A stretch of DNA of 64,000 bases from assembly GCA_965205015.1 (NCBI GenBank), contig OZ242029.1, positions 672,001 through 736,000 of the forward strand, given 5' to 3'. The first letter of the stretch is position 1; each line of letters starts with the position of its first letter. This stretch comes from Candidatus Poribacteria bacterium (lineage in GTDB: Bacteria > Poribacteria > WGA-4E > WGA-3G). This document shows positions 45,423 to 55,458 of this stretch, in pieces. The position numbers were made by a program, and so were the translations under genes. The notes below the pieces were generated by a model. The model worked only from the letters and a program-made list of their open reading frames with translations. It was not told the DNA's origin and searched no databases.

Positions 45423-48254
45423 TTACTTCAGAATTACCATTCGACGGGTGCGTTCAAAACTGCCAGCGGAAAACGTGTAGAAATAGACACCGCTGGCGAC
45501 CTTCGTTCCATACCGGTCTCTCCCATCCCAGTACGCCGCTTTCTCTTGGCTCCGATAACTGCCCGGCTCCTGTAACCCAATATCCAACTGGCGTACAAGT
45601 CCTCCTCGGACATCATAGATTTTCAGAACAACCTCTGCCGCCTCCGCCAGATCGTAGGGAAACCACGTCTCCGGGTTAAAAGGATTCGGATAATTCTGGA
45701 GAATCGTTGTCTGTTTAACATATCCGAGCATCGAGAGCAAATGCGAGGACGGATCCACAGAAAATGGGACATCCGCAGATCGGAACCCGAGATCAATTGG
45801 GTTATAGATAAACGCCGACCCCGAGTTATCACCAGCATTGTCGCTACCGAAGGCACCGACGATAGCGAATGCCCCTCTAATCGCAACAGATGCCCCGAAC
45901 AGGTCCGACTGTCTCGCGCCAGCGGCTTCAATCCGGCGTTTTTCTACCCAAGATAACCCATCTCGCAAAAAGGAGTAAGCCGCCCCTTTATCAAGTTGTA
46001 ACGCTGGATCGTCATGGAGATCTGCCAACGGGTGATTATCCTTCCACGCGCCGACGATTGCAGTATCTTCATGAATTGCGACGGCTGAACCGAATTCATC
46101 CCCGGTGTCGGCATCGCTTGCGCCTAACTTTGCCTGTTGTACCCAAGCGTTTCGCGTCTCCACAAAAATATAAGCCGCTCCCACATCATCAAGGTGTCGA
46201 TCTTCTTTAGGTGCGCCAATGATAGCCGCCCCTTTGGTGAGATTGACGGAGTAACCGAATTCGTCTCCGATGCTAATATCATTTGGAATCAGTAGGAGAC
46301 CTGGAGTCCATGTGCGACCATTGCGCGTAAAGAGATAGGCGGCACCCGAATCAGGTCCCGCTGCGTCACTTCGATAGGCACCGATGAGCGCATTATCTTC
46401 ATAAACACCCACAGCAAAACCGAACAGATCCCCGGGAACGGCACCTCGGTGCGTCAATTTCGCTTGTTGTGTCCAAGAGGCACCACTCCGGACAAAGACA
46501 TAAGCGGCACCCGAATCCGTGCCGATTTCGTCTTTCCCGTAGGCACCGATGATAGCGGTATCCCCGTGTACCGCGACGGCTGACCCAAACCGATCAAAGA
46601 TTTCGAGGTCGTCCCCGATCAATCTCGCCTGCTGAATCCACTCCTCGCCGACCTTTACAAAAACATAAGCTGCGCCGGCTTCGGGTCCTGCATCATCAAC
46701 ACCGGGCGCGCCAACAAGGACAGTTTCGCCGTCCATTGCCACAGCATTCCCAAAGAGATCCCCAACCTGTGCATCGTCAGCGGTGAGTTTTGTGCGCTGT
46801 AGCCAGAGGAGACCGCTGCGCTCAAAGATGTATGCGGCACCCGCGTTAGGTGCGATGTCATCATCTTGTTGTGCCCCAGAGATAGCAAAGTTACCGCTTA
46901 TGGCAACAGATACGCCGAACTGATCCTCTGAAGCGGTTTCGCCATCACTCAACTTGGCACTTTCCACCCACGAGGCATCCTCCCTTTGTTCAAAAATATA
47001 GGCGGCACCCGAGGATAATCCACCGGCATCTTGCTTCGGTGCCCCAGCGATCACTTCGTTTTTGTTTGCATCGATCGCGACAGCGAATCCGAGCTGGTCG
47101 CCAGCCCCTCTATCCGCTGCGACTAACTTTGTGTGCTGGTTCCAGAAGGGCGGCTCATTTTGTGTAAAGATATACGCCGCACCCACGACATCTTCTCCAA
47201 CGTTCGCCCCCGTCGCCCCAATGACAGCTGTATCGCCTCTGATGTCAACAGAAACACCGAAAGAGGACGCGCCATCAGGGTCAATCGGAATCATACGGAT
47301 ACGGATACGGTTTCTTTTTTGCTCCCATTCGGTACCTTCGCGCTTATAGATGTAAGCGGCACCACTTCCTCTATTTTTCGGTGAGGTCGCAATGGCAAAA
47401 TCCCCATCAACATCAACGGCGTATCCAAAATTATCTTCCGCTTCGGTATTGTTTCCGATAAGCTTCGCCTGAAATGCCCACCCGAATTGGTTCCGGACGA
47501 AAATATAAGCAGCACCGGCATCATTTCCGGCTTCATCCTCCCGAGTCGCCCCAACAATAGCGGTGTCCCCATCAATCCCAACGGAAAAGCCGAAATACGC
47601 GAAACTGTCAGGATCCGGGGCAATGAGTTTGGCGGTTTGATTCCAATTTTCTCCCGTCCTCTCAAAAACGTAGACGGCACCGCAATCTGCCAAAGGTTGG
47701 TTTGTACGATGTGCCCCAACGAGGACGGTATCCCCATCAATCGCTACCGAGATACCGAAATAATCAGCACGCGTTCCGTCAGACGCAATCAGTTTGGCTT
47801 GTTCTATCCATTCAGTTCCTTGTCTCCTAAAGATATATGCGGACCCTGAGTTCCTTCCGACCCCATCCTTCCTCGGTGCACCAACGACGGCGTAATCGCC
47901 ACTCATTGCGAGTCGCGTGCCGAATTCGTCTCCGCCTGCTGCATCGCTGGTGGTCAGTTTTTGATGCTGAACCCACCCAGTTTCAGTGCGCAGAAAGACC
48001 TGGACGGATCCAACATTTACGCCGAAGTCGTTGTCATCTTTCGGGACACCTACCATTGCAGAATCACCGCTGATACCGACACTCGCCCCGAGATTGTCCT
48101 GGAGGACCGCAGCACTCGTGTTGAGTTGCACTCGGTCGGCACTGCTTTGCAGGACCAAGCCGACGCCGAAGAACAAGATTAATATGGTTATTTGTAATTT
48201 TCTCAATTCTCTCTCCCTCACTATTGAACAGTACCTGATGCGCTGAACCGACAA
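45423..48254 (-). CDS. Secreted FG-GAP (integrin-alpha-like) repeat protein with FlgD-Ig C-terminal domain
   Basis: About 14 D.FG.SV.+.GD.A++GA...GAAY+F units; NYPNPFNPETW C-terminal domain. Confidence 0.9.
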   Translation of the reverse strand: MSVQRIRYCSIVRERELRKLQITILILFFGVGLVLQSSADRVQLNTSAAVLQDNLGASVGISGDSAMVGVPKDDNDFGVNVGSVQVFLRTETGWVQHQKLTTSDAAGGDEFGTRLAMSGDYAVVGAPRKDGVGRNSGSAYIFRRQGTEWIEQAKLIASDGTRADYFGISVAIDGDTVLVGAHRTNQPLADCGAVYVFERTGENWNQTAKLIAPDPDSFAYFGFSVGIDGDTAIVGATREDEAGNDAGAAYIFVRNQFGWAFQAKLIGNNTEAEDNFGYAVDVDGDFAIATSPKNRGSGAAYIYKREGTEWEQKRNRIRIRMIPIDPDGASSFGVSVDIRGDTAVIGATGANVGEDVVGAAYIFTQNEPPFWNQHTKLVAADRGAGDQLGFAVAIDANKNEVIAGAPKQDAGGLSSGAAYIFEQREDASWVESAKLSDGETASEDQFGVSVAISGNFAISGAQQDDDIAPNAGAAYIFERSGLLWLQRTKLTADDAQVGDLFGNAVAMDGETVLVGAPGVDDAGPEAGAAYVFVKVGEEWIQQARLIGDDLEIFDRFGSAVAVHGDTAIIGAYGKDEIGTDSGAAYVFVRSGASWTQQAKLTHRGAVPGDLFGFAVGVYEDNALIGAYRSDAAGPDSGAAYLFTRNGRTWTPGLLLIPNDISIGDEFGYSVNLTKGAAIIGAPKEDRHLDDVGAAYIFVETRNAWVQQAKLGASDADTGDEFGSAVAIHEDTAIVGAWKDNHPLADLHDDPALQLDKGAAYSFLRDGLSWVEKRRIEAAGARQSDLFGASVAIRGAFAIVGAFGSDNAGDNSGSAFIYNPIDLGFRSADVPFSVDPSSHLLSMLGYVKQTTILQNYPNPFNPETWFPYDLAEAAEVVLKIYDVRGGLVRQLDIGLQEPGSYRSQEKAAYWDGRDRYGTKVASGVYFYTFSAGSFERTRRMVILK

Positions 48255-48546
48255 AAACAGGCATGAGTTAAGGTGAACTGTTTGGATTGGTAACGTCTTC
48301 CCTTGAATTTCGTTGTAAATAGGTCTTTCTTCATTTAATTTTTAATTAGTGACACAATTTGTAGACAAAAAGGGTGCATAATTTCGGAAAAATCGTAAAA
48401 ACCTGAGTCTTAATCTAAAAATTGGCACCCATCTCATACACATCAGTTATTACAAGCTTACTCGCAAAGGTCCCCTATCGGTATTCGGTTCGACGCGTTG
48501 GCAGAGCCATTCCACTCAAGACGCTTTGTCTACAGTTAGCAAACTT

Positions 48547-48562
48547 AGCAAATTGTATGCCA
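48547..48562 (-). promoter_or_regulatory. Putative sigma54 (-24/-12) promoter
   Basis: TGGCAT-ACAAT-TTGCT vs consensus TGGCAC-N5-TTGCW, upstream of FG-GAP gene. Confidence 0.5.
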
Positions 48563-48619
48563 CCCGTAAATCCGCATGAAATTGACAGATTTCAACCTGT
48601 GGTCAACATAATTTGTGAT

Positions 48620-48644
48620 GTTCTGTTCATTTATTGAACAGAAC
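48620..48644. terminator. 10-bp perfect inverted repeat (terminator or protein-binding site)
   Basis: GTTCTGTTCA-TTTAT-TGAACAGAAC just after stop of 48657 gene; no clear U-tract. Confidence 0.45.
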
Positions 48645-48656
48645 TGTCTGTTGACG

Positions 48657-49274
48657 TTAGTCTGATACACTGAGTCTATAAATCGTTTTCGCTTTATCTT
48701 CGCCGTACCACAACGCAGTACCGTCCCAAGTCAGCCCATGTGGTTCGCTTGGACATGCGACCCTCTTGAGCACCTCACCCGATTCGGGGTGGATTCGGTA
48801 AACGATATGGTCGTTCGTATCGGCGTTCCAAAGTGCCTCGCCATCCCATGCTAATCCGTGTGCGCGTCCACCGGGTGTCTGAAGTTCAGCAAGGATTTCG
48901 CCAGTCTCAGGGCACTGTTTGATAAAACGCCCTGTGTTCATATCAACACTCCAGAGGTGCTCGCCATCGCACGCCAACCCGTGGGGTCCCTCCCCAGGCG
49001 ACGAAAATGTTGTAACAACTTCCAGTTCAGGAATCGTGAGTTTATAGAAAGTTTGTTGCCATATACTGTTATACCAGAGATGCTCGCCGTCCCATTCTAT
49101 ACCAGCACTGCCGGGATAGGGAGGCGTCAGCGTTAGTTCAACTTCGCCGGTTTCAGGGTTGATTTTGTGGATAGGTCCAACCCCTTCAACACTCCAGAGC
49201 GATGTTCCGTGCCATGCGAGTCCATTTGTGCCAGCACCAGGGGCTGGGATGTGATGTCCAGTTGTTTCACGCAT
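48657..49274 (-). CDS. Small beta-propeller (glutamine cyclotransferase/YncE-like)
   Basis: Five GL.WDG..LW repeats; overlaps queG stop. Confidence 0.7.
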   Translation of the reverse strand: MRETTGHHIPAPGAGTNGLAWHGTSLWSVEGVGPIHKINPETGEVELTLTPPYPGSAGIEWDGEHLWYNSIWQQTFYKLTIPELEVVTTFSSPGEGPHGLACDGEHLWSVDMNTGRFIKQCPETGEILAELQTPGGRAHGLAWDGEALWNADTNDHIVYRIHPESGEVLKRVACPSEPHGLTWDGTALWYGEDKAKTIYRLSVSD

Positions 49275-50475
49275 TTTTTTCTCTCCCCGATAATTGCTCT
49301 GTTTCTAAGAGCGCGTCCTGAATTTCAGTGATAACATCTTGATCCGTTTCAACAGTTAATCGCGTTTGTAACGCCCGTTTGGCGGTTTCGTCCCCGATTT
49401 TTCCCAATGCCCAAGCGGCATGCCCCCGAACTAAAGGTTCGTGATCCGCCAATGCGCCTTCAAGTGCCGGAACAGCACGCCGCGTTCCCCAGTTCCCAAT
49501 GGCAACAAGGACATTCCGCAAGAATCCTCGACGTTTCGCACGTTTGATCGGACTCCCCTTGAAACGTCGGCTAAATTCCTGTTGCGTCATACCAACAAGT
49601 GAGAGTAACTTGGGCGCGAGGTTTCCATGGCGCGGCTGAAACGCCGGTTCGGTTGTCGGCACCGCTTTACTGTTCCACGGACAGACCTCTTGGCAGATGT
49701 CACAGCCAAAAATCAAGTTCCCGACCTTAGGACGAAGTGCCTTCGGTATGCTCCCCTTGAGTTCGATTGTCAGATAAGAGATACAGAGCCGGGAATCAAG
49801 TAGGTTCGGTTCAACAATTGCGTCCGTTGGGCACGCTTCAATACAGCGCGTGCAAGTGCCACAACTCCCACGTAGATCCGGCGTATCGTCTTCCAAAGCA
49901 ACATCGATAAGGACTTCCGCGAGAAAATACCAAGAACCCGACCGCCAATGAATCAAGTTCGTATTTTTACCGATCCATCCGATGCCTGCTCTCTGTGCGT
50001 ACTCCCTTTCAATAATAGGCGCCGTATCCACACATACGCGGGTTCGTAATTCGTTTTCAGCCGTCTGTTTAATAAAAGTGACAAGTTCTAAAAGGCGTTC
50101 ACGAATAAGTTCGTGATAATCATCTCCCCACGCATAGCGGGAGACCTGTCCCCGTCCCGGATCCTGTGTGAGTGCCTCCGGTGGATCGAGTGTATAATAG
50201 TTCATCGCGAGGCTAATCACAGATTTCGCCTCCGCCAGCAGTCGACGGACATCTGTCTTAAGCGGGAGATGCTTTTCAAGATAACGCATTTCTCCGGCGT
50301 ACCCGCTTTCTATCCACTGCCGATACCGTGCAACCGTTTCGCTACGCGCTGCGGGTGTGATCCCAACGAGTTCAAATCCAAGTTCGTTTGCGCGCGCATG
50401 AATTTGCTTTTTAATTATACCTTGCGGATTTTTAATTTTTCCTTGCGGATCGGTGAGGTGCGTTTGAATTTTCAA
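49267..50475 (-). CDS. queG: tRNA epoxyqueuosine reductase (start uncertain)
   Basis: SRYAWG.DYH, VDTAP, GWIGKN, CGTCTRCIEACPT, GCDICQEVCPWN, HEAT tail. Confidence 0.96.
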   Translation of the reverse strand: MKIQTHLTDPQGKIKNPQGIIKKQIHARANELGFELVGITPAARSETVARYRQWIESGYAGEMRYLEKHLPLKTDVRRLLAEAKSVISLAMNYYTLDPPEALTQDPGRGQVSRYAWGDDYHELIRERLLELVTFIKQTAENELRTRVCVDTAPIIEREYAQRAGIGWIGKNTNLIHWRSGSWYFLAEVLIDVALEDDTPDLRGSCGTCTRCIEACPTDAIVEPNLLDSRLCISYLTIELKGSIPKALRPKVGNLIFGCDICQEVCPWNSKAVPTTEPAFQPRHGNLAPKLLSLVGMTQQEFSRRFKGSPIKRAKRRGFLRNVLVAIGNWGTRRAVPALEGALADHEPLVRGHAAWALGKIGDETAKRALQTRLTVETDQDVITEIQDALLETEQLSGREKNA

Positions 50476-50518
50476 GTGCCTCCCCGTATATCCGCCCTCC
50501 GCTACGCTTCCGGGCTAC
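50408..50518 (-). repeat. Family L leader repeat with duplicated 3' end, overlapping queG start
   Basis: GTAGCCCG...GGGCGGATATACGG...ATCCGCAAGGAAAAATTAAAAATCCGCAAGGTATAATTAAAAA. Confidence 0.7.
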
Positions 50519-50545
50519 ACGTTTGGGTTAGTCAAGCACAATAAA

Positions 50546-51613
50546 TTAAAGATTCCCGCGTGGGTAGGATCCGAGAACACTGACGTTCCGGCACAATGCT
50601 TCAAGCTGCTCAAGTGCCACGATGACGGGTTCGTCGGTAATATGCCCCTCCATCTCCGTAAAAAAGATATATTCCCACGGTTTGGCTCGCGACGGCAAAG
50701 ATTCTAAATAACTCAGATTCAATTGCGCCTTCTCTAAAATACCCAAGGCTTGGTGTAACGCCCCAACTTTGTCCGGAATTGAGAAAAACAGTGAAGTCCG
50801 ATCGTGTCCGCTTGGATCTGGAACATGCTTTCCGATCACAAAGAAGCGAGTTGTGTTCTCAGGGTCATCCATAATGGAATTTGCGATGATTGGCACCTGA
50901 TAAATTTCGCTGGCAAGTTCACTTGCAATCGCAGCTGCTGACGGCTCTTGTGCGGCGCGTTGCGCTGCCTCAGACGTACTAATCACCTCAATCTGCTCAG
51001 CCCCACTGAGATGTTGCTTTAGCCATGCCTTACACTGCGCGAAAGGTTGCGGATGCGAGTAGACACACCGAATTTCTGCCAGCGGTGACCTTGATAAAAG
51101 GTGCTGCTTTATGGGCTGGAATGTCTCTGCACAAATCCACAACGGCGTCCGTTGGAAGCGTTCCAAAACATCACGAACGGTGCCCTGTGCCGAATTTTCA
51201 ATAGCGACTACCCCGTAGTCCGCTCTACCGGATTCAACTTCAGTAAAAATGTCAATCTGTGGGCGGATGGGAATAAATTCAGTTGATGTACCGAAATGAG
51301 AGAGAGCCGCCAAGTGCCCGAAACTCCCAATCGGACCGAGGAACGCCACCCGCTCCAGATCCTGCAAGGAACGGGATGCGGATAAAATCTCGGTCCAGAT
51401 CGTTTCAAGTGCAGCTTCAGGAAACTTGCCGCGATTTTGTGCCTTCAAACGTTCAATAATCTGCTTCTGCCGATGCGGAACATAGACCTCTGCAATGCCT
51501 GTTTCTGCTTTCATGGCACCGACCTGCGTGGAAATCTCAGCCCGCCTCTGTAGCAGTTCTAAAATTTGGTCATCAATCTCGTTAATCTGGTTCCGGTACT
51601 TTGTTAAATTCAT
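50546..51613 (-). CDS. pheA: Chorismate mutase / prephenate dehydratase
   Basis: R.QI.EID CM domain; IENS..G.V, SHPQ..AQC, N.TRF, ACT domain ESLPS. Confidence 0.96.
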   Translation of the reverse strand: MNLTKYRNQINEIDDQILELLQRRAEISTQVGAMKAETGIAEVYVPHRQKQIIERLKAQNRGKFPEAALETIWTEILSASRSLQDLERVAFLGPIGSFGHLAALSHFGTSTEFIPIRPQIDIFTEVESGRADYGVVAIENSAQGTVRDVLERFQRTPLWICAETFQPIKQHLLSRSPLAEIRCVYSHPQPFAQCKAWLKQHLSGAEQIEVISTSEAAQRAAQEPSAAAIASELASEIYQVPIIANSIMDDPENTTRFFVIGKHVPDPSGHDRTSLFFSIPDKVGALHQALGILEKAQLNLSYLESLPSRAKPWEYIFFTEMEGHITDEPVIVALEQLEALCRNVSVLGSYPRGNL

Positions 51614-51623
51614 TTTTAATTTC

Positions 51624-51698
51624 CTATAGACATGTCACCTCTACGGGGTTCAAGAGGGAATTCCTTTTAAAAACCCGGTAGGGACGACACGCCTATAG
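51624..51698. repeat. Inverted REP-like pair (CTATAGA..CTACGGGG family)
   Basis: CTATAGACATGTCACCTCTACGGGGTT...AACCCGGTAGGGACGACACGCCTATAG; half copies near 10683 and 31423. Confidence 0.6.
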
Positions 51699-51708
51699 AT
51701 TTCTATCG

Positions 51709-51954
51709 TTAGGAATCCAATTTCTTCATAGCGTCAATCATTTCCTCGTCCGAGGGATTATTTTTCACCATCTCAGTGAACGCCTCAGCACTTATCTCGT
51801 GTTCCTCCAGGAACAGCTTATCCTGCGGTCACGGGTAAATATACTCACCGAGGATACCTTGCAGTTTTGCACTGGCTTTATCACTGATTCTGGCTAACCA
51901 TGGGATATCCCCAATAATCATGTCTCGGTGCCGTGGTTTCCAATCGAGAGCCAT
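51709..51954 (-). CDS. DUF5069-like small protein with in-frame TGA (putative selenoprotein)
   Basis: SD AAGGAGGTG; MALDWKPRHRDMIIGDIPWLARISDKASAKLQGILGEYIYP-TGA-PQDKLFLEEHEISAEAFTEMVKNNPSDEEMIDAMKKLDS*. Confidence 0.8.
51800..51815 (-). promoter_or_regulatory. Candidate bacterial SECIS hairpin
   Basis: UGUUCC-UGGA-GGAACA; loop begins 20 nt after the UGA, G at loop position 2. Confidence 0.6.
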
Positions 51955-52071
51955 CTGTTTCACCTCCTTTTTAGTTATTAGCCGTCGGTTCTCGGCAGTC
52001 GGCTTTCAGCAAAGCGGTTTTCCGATGAGGTTACACCCTCTTACGAATGGCTGACCGCCGACGGCTGATGG

Positions 52072-55000
52072 CTATTGAGCAAGCTGACGTAAAGTTTCCT
52101 CCAAAAGCCGCTGATACCGTCCATATTCTGTCCAATCCCCAATGCGTAGCGCATCTTGTCCCTCATTGAAATAACGGTTCGCTTGTTCAATGAGTCCTTG
52201 TTGGGAATCGGGGTTGGAAACCCCTCCTACAAGCCCGATATCAGCCGCGCCACTGTCATCAGTTGTCGTTGTGGCAGTGGTAGTCTGGAACCGTGTTCCC
52301 TGTCCAAACATCTTGACGAGTGCTTCCTCAAGACTTTCACCCCACACGACTTCGTTCCCATATCCGATGACGACCCGTCGTAATTCGGGAATAGCGGTTT
52401 TTTCATCTTCGGATTGTATATAGATAGGCTCCACATAAAGCAGAGAGTTGTTCATCGGGAGAATCAACAGATTCCCGCGTAAGACGCGAGACCCTTGCGT
52501 ATTCCAGAGGCTAATCTGCTGTGAAATCTCCGGTTCTTGGCTAATAAAGTTCTCCACCTGCATGGGTCCAGCGACCTGCTTCCCTTTCGGGAACCGGTAA
52601 ACAAGGAGCTGCCCATATTGAGGCAAGTCGCATCGGGCGGCGAGCCATGCAGTCAGATTCGGTTTGTTGAGCGGTGTGAACGGCAACATTAACATGAATT
52701 CCGATTGCTCCTGCCCCGGTAATCTGATAACGACATAATAGGGTTCAACGGGTTGCCCATTTACCCTGGAACTTTGAGGAACCTGCTGCGGTGCGAAGGG
52801 ACTCCTCGGTTGCGGAGGCGCGGCAGCCTGTCGCGTTTGGGCATCTGTATTGTCATAAAGCTCTCTGCCGATCTCCCATTTATCCTCGCCTGCGTAGAAG
52901 GTTACAGGGTCTTTCATGTGGTAATCCTGATAAACGCGGGCTTGGATAAGGAACATGGAGGTGGGATATCGGATATGCGTCTTGAGATCCGCCGGCATTT
53001 CCTCAAACGATTTGAAAAGGTCTGGGAAAATCCGTCGATAACATTCCGAGATTGGGTCCTGTTCCCGTTCCATAATGTAAAAATCGGCAGTGCCATCGTA
53101 AGCATCAACGACGACTTTAACAGCATTTCGGATGTAGTTCCCCCACGGTTCACTGTCTTGCTGGGCGTCAGCAATCTGTCGACTTCTCTCACTGACGAAT
53201 TCTCGCATTGAAACGGAATAAGGATATCGGTGTGTGATCGTATAGGCATCAACCATCCACACCAATCTACCGTTATGGAGAATGATGTAAGGATCTCCAT
53301 CGTACCGTAAGAAGGGTGCGATTTTTTGGATCCGCTTTTTGATGTTTCTCTCGTAGAGGATTCGGCTTGTGGGTGAAATTTCACCGGGTAGCACGAAGTT
53401 AATTTCGTTATCGAACTTAAGCATATATACCATTTTACGCCAGAAAGAGTTCAGTTGTACGCCGCCCTTTCCTTGATAGGCATATTCGGCGTATTGTTGC
53501 CCTTCCTGGGGATAGTCAAATTCAAGTCCTTGGCTGCGTTCCGGATGAACGATAACATAACGATCTGTGCGTTCACCATAATAGATACGGGGTCCCGGTG
53601 TCTCGCTGAACCGATGTTGCCACTGCTCGTCATAGTCAATGGGTGGCAATCCCTGAATGTACATGTTAGGTTTGCCATTATCAATTTCATTAACCGGACT
53701 CACAACCGCGCCGTAGCCGTGCGTGTAGGTATAGGTCTGCTTGTACCAGTCATTCCTAATTTCAATAGGGAGCTCGTTGATATTGAGTTCCCGCCCAGAG
53801 AGCATGACCTGCCGAATCTCACCATCAACGACATAGCGATCAATATCAACATCGTTGAAATCATATTGTGTCCGCAATTCCTGAAGTTGTCGGAAAGTTC
53901 TGCGCAAGGGTCGCCAATCCCAGAGACGGATGCTATTGAAAACAGAAGCGTTTTCGGGACTTCTTATGTCATCGTAACTGAGTTGTTCCGTCAACGGGTA
54001 TTCTTCCTCTGTCACAGTGTTCTCAGCCAAACCATAAGCTTGGAGCGTGGCTTTGATGTTGTAGTTGATATAGTCCGCCTCTAACACCTGTTTTCTGGGT
54101 TCAACCTGCCATCTCTGTATCGCGACCGGATAGACTTGTCCAAGGAATCCGGCAATCAGAAAAACAGCAAACCCTCCAAAAGCAAGGGTGTTGCGTTTTA
54201 AGAAGATACTAATGATGAAGATGATGGCACACAGAATCGTCAGTCCAACTAAGAAATACAAAATGGGGAGTCGTGCCTTCATTGCGGCGTATCCACCACC
54301 ACCGCGGACAACATCGTTTGTCGTGTAGAGCAGATCAAACATAGCAAAGCGGTAGTTCCACGCTCGGAAGAGGAGTGTCAAACCGACAAGTGTGAACAAA
54401 TGCGCTTTCACATTGAAAGGTGGACGGAACCGAAACTGGCTGGTATCTCCGGTGATGAGGCCGTGAAAAAAGTAAATGACGATCGCAAATATCGTCACTA
54501 ACATAAAGAGACCGAAAAGCGTTCCACAAACATAACGTTCCGCAGGCATCCTGAAAACGTAATAGGCGACATCCTTATCAAAGATAGGATCGCGCGCAGG
54601 AGACGTGAAGACGGCTTTCTGCCCGGGTTCAATTTGAACAGGCGTATTCAAACGGATGGCATCATTTAAAATAGCTTCAACCCGTGCATCTTGATTCGTT
54701 CCGTTTATTTGTAAACTGATCTGATCCCCGACTCTGATGTTTTTCGCCTGGAGTTCGAGTTGCGAGACAGGAATCTCGGCAGAATTGAGGCTCTCTTCCA
54801 CAACAATAGGCGTAGCCGCACGGAAAGTAAGGTTTTCAGCATTGGCATAGCGCAGATAGATCTCCCACCGGTCGCTGGCTGCATAACCCATCATGACACT
54901 AAAAAGAACCGCAAGCAGTGTGAGTGCGCCGTAAATCAGTTTTCGCGTATCACCGGGGTTTTCTGCGGCATTGCCCATGAAATCCGCGCCCCCCATAAAA

Positions 55001-55251
55001 GCGGGACTCAGATGTGCGGGTGTGAATCGATAGATTAAGGCAATGTTCGTGAGAAGGATCGCCAAATAGCAAACGCCAACAATTGCACCGACCCAGATTT
55101 TTGTTGTGAGAATTTTAGTGTAAACGCTGAGATAGTCCACTACCTGAAACCATAGGATGTCGGGATAAAGGTTAACCCAGATGGCACCTAATCCTCCAAC
55201 AACGGCGAGAACGGCGACAGTGATAATAAAGCGTTTGGTTCGTGAATCCAT
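52072..55251 (-). CDS. UPF0182 family membrane protein
   Basis: DPIF.KD+.YY+F, IRLWD.RPL, D+DIDRY, YTHGYG, NYIRN.VK.VVDAYDG, GNLL++P. Confidence 0.95.
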   Translation of the reverse strand: MDSRTKRFIITVAVLAVVGGLGAIWVNLYPDILWFQVVDYLSVYTKILTTKIWVGAIVGVCYLAILLTNIALIYRFTPAHLSPAFMGGADFMGNAAENPGDTRKLIYGALTLLAVLFSVMMGYAASDRWEIYLRYANAENLTFRAATPIVVEESLNSAEIPVSQLELQAKNIRVGDQISLQINGTNQDARVEAILNDAIRLNTPVQIEPGQKAVFTSPARDPIFDKDVAYYVFRMPAERYVCGTLFGLFMLVTIFAIVIYFFHGLITGDTSQFRFRPPFNVKAHLFTLVGLTLLFRAWNYRFAMFDLLYTTNDVVRGGGGYAAMKARLPILYFLVGLTILCAIIFIISIFLKRNTLAFGGFAVFLIAGFLGQVYPVAIQRWQVEPRKQVLEADYINYNIKATLQAYGLAENTVTEEEYPLTEQLSYDDIRSPENASVFNSIRLWDWRPLRRTFRQLQELRTQYDFNDVDIDRYVVDGEIRQVMLSGRELNINELPIEIRNDWYKQTYTYTHGYGAVVSPVNEIDNGKPNMYIQGLPPIDYDEQWQHRFSETPGPRIYYGERTDRYVIVHPERSQGLEFDYPQEGQQYAEYAYQGKGGVQLNSFWRKMVYMLKFDNEINFVLPGEISPTSRILYERNIKKRIQKIAPFLRYDGDPYIILHNGRLVWMVDAYTITHRYPYSVSMREFVSERSRQIADAQQDSEPWGNYIRNAVKVVVDAYDGTADFYIMEREQDPISECYRRIFPDLFKSFEEMPADLKTHIRYPTSMFLIQARVYQDYHMKDPVTFYAGEDKWEIGRELYDNTDAQTRQAAAPPQPRSPFAPQQVPQSSRVNGQPVEPYYVVIRLPGQEQSEFMLMLPFTPLNKPNLTAWLAARCDLPQYGQLLVYRFPKGKQVAGPMQVENFISQEPEISQQISLWNTQGSRVLRGNLLILPMNNSLLYVEPIYIQSEDEKTAIPELRRVVIGYGNEVVWGESLEEALVKMFGQGTRFQTTTATTTTDDSGAADIGLVGGVSNPDSQQGLIEQANRYFNEGQDALRIGDWTEYGRYQRLLEETLRQLAQ

Positions 55252-55340
55252 TTTTTAGTTATACCTTGCGGTTCGATGAGGTGGGTTGAATGACCAACGC
55301 GCCTCTCCGTAGATCCGCCCTCCATTACATTACGGGCTGC
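55252..55340 (-). repeat. Family L leader repeat
   Basis: GCAGCCCGTAATGTAATGGAGGGCGGATCTACGG...ACCGCAAGGTATAACTAAAAA-ATG. Confidence 0.7.
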
Positions 55341-55458
55341 TGATATCGATCAAGAATCTGCCCGGAAGCGGCGTGCAGCCCAAGTGCCCATAGTTTAAAA
55401 TAGTCGAAATTAACCGAGAACCTGTACGTAAGCGTGGCGGAGCCCAGGTACTCATCGT

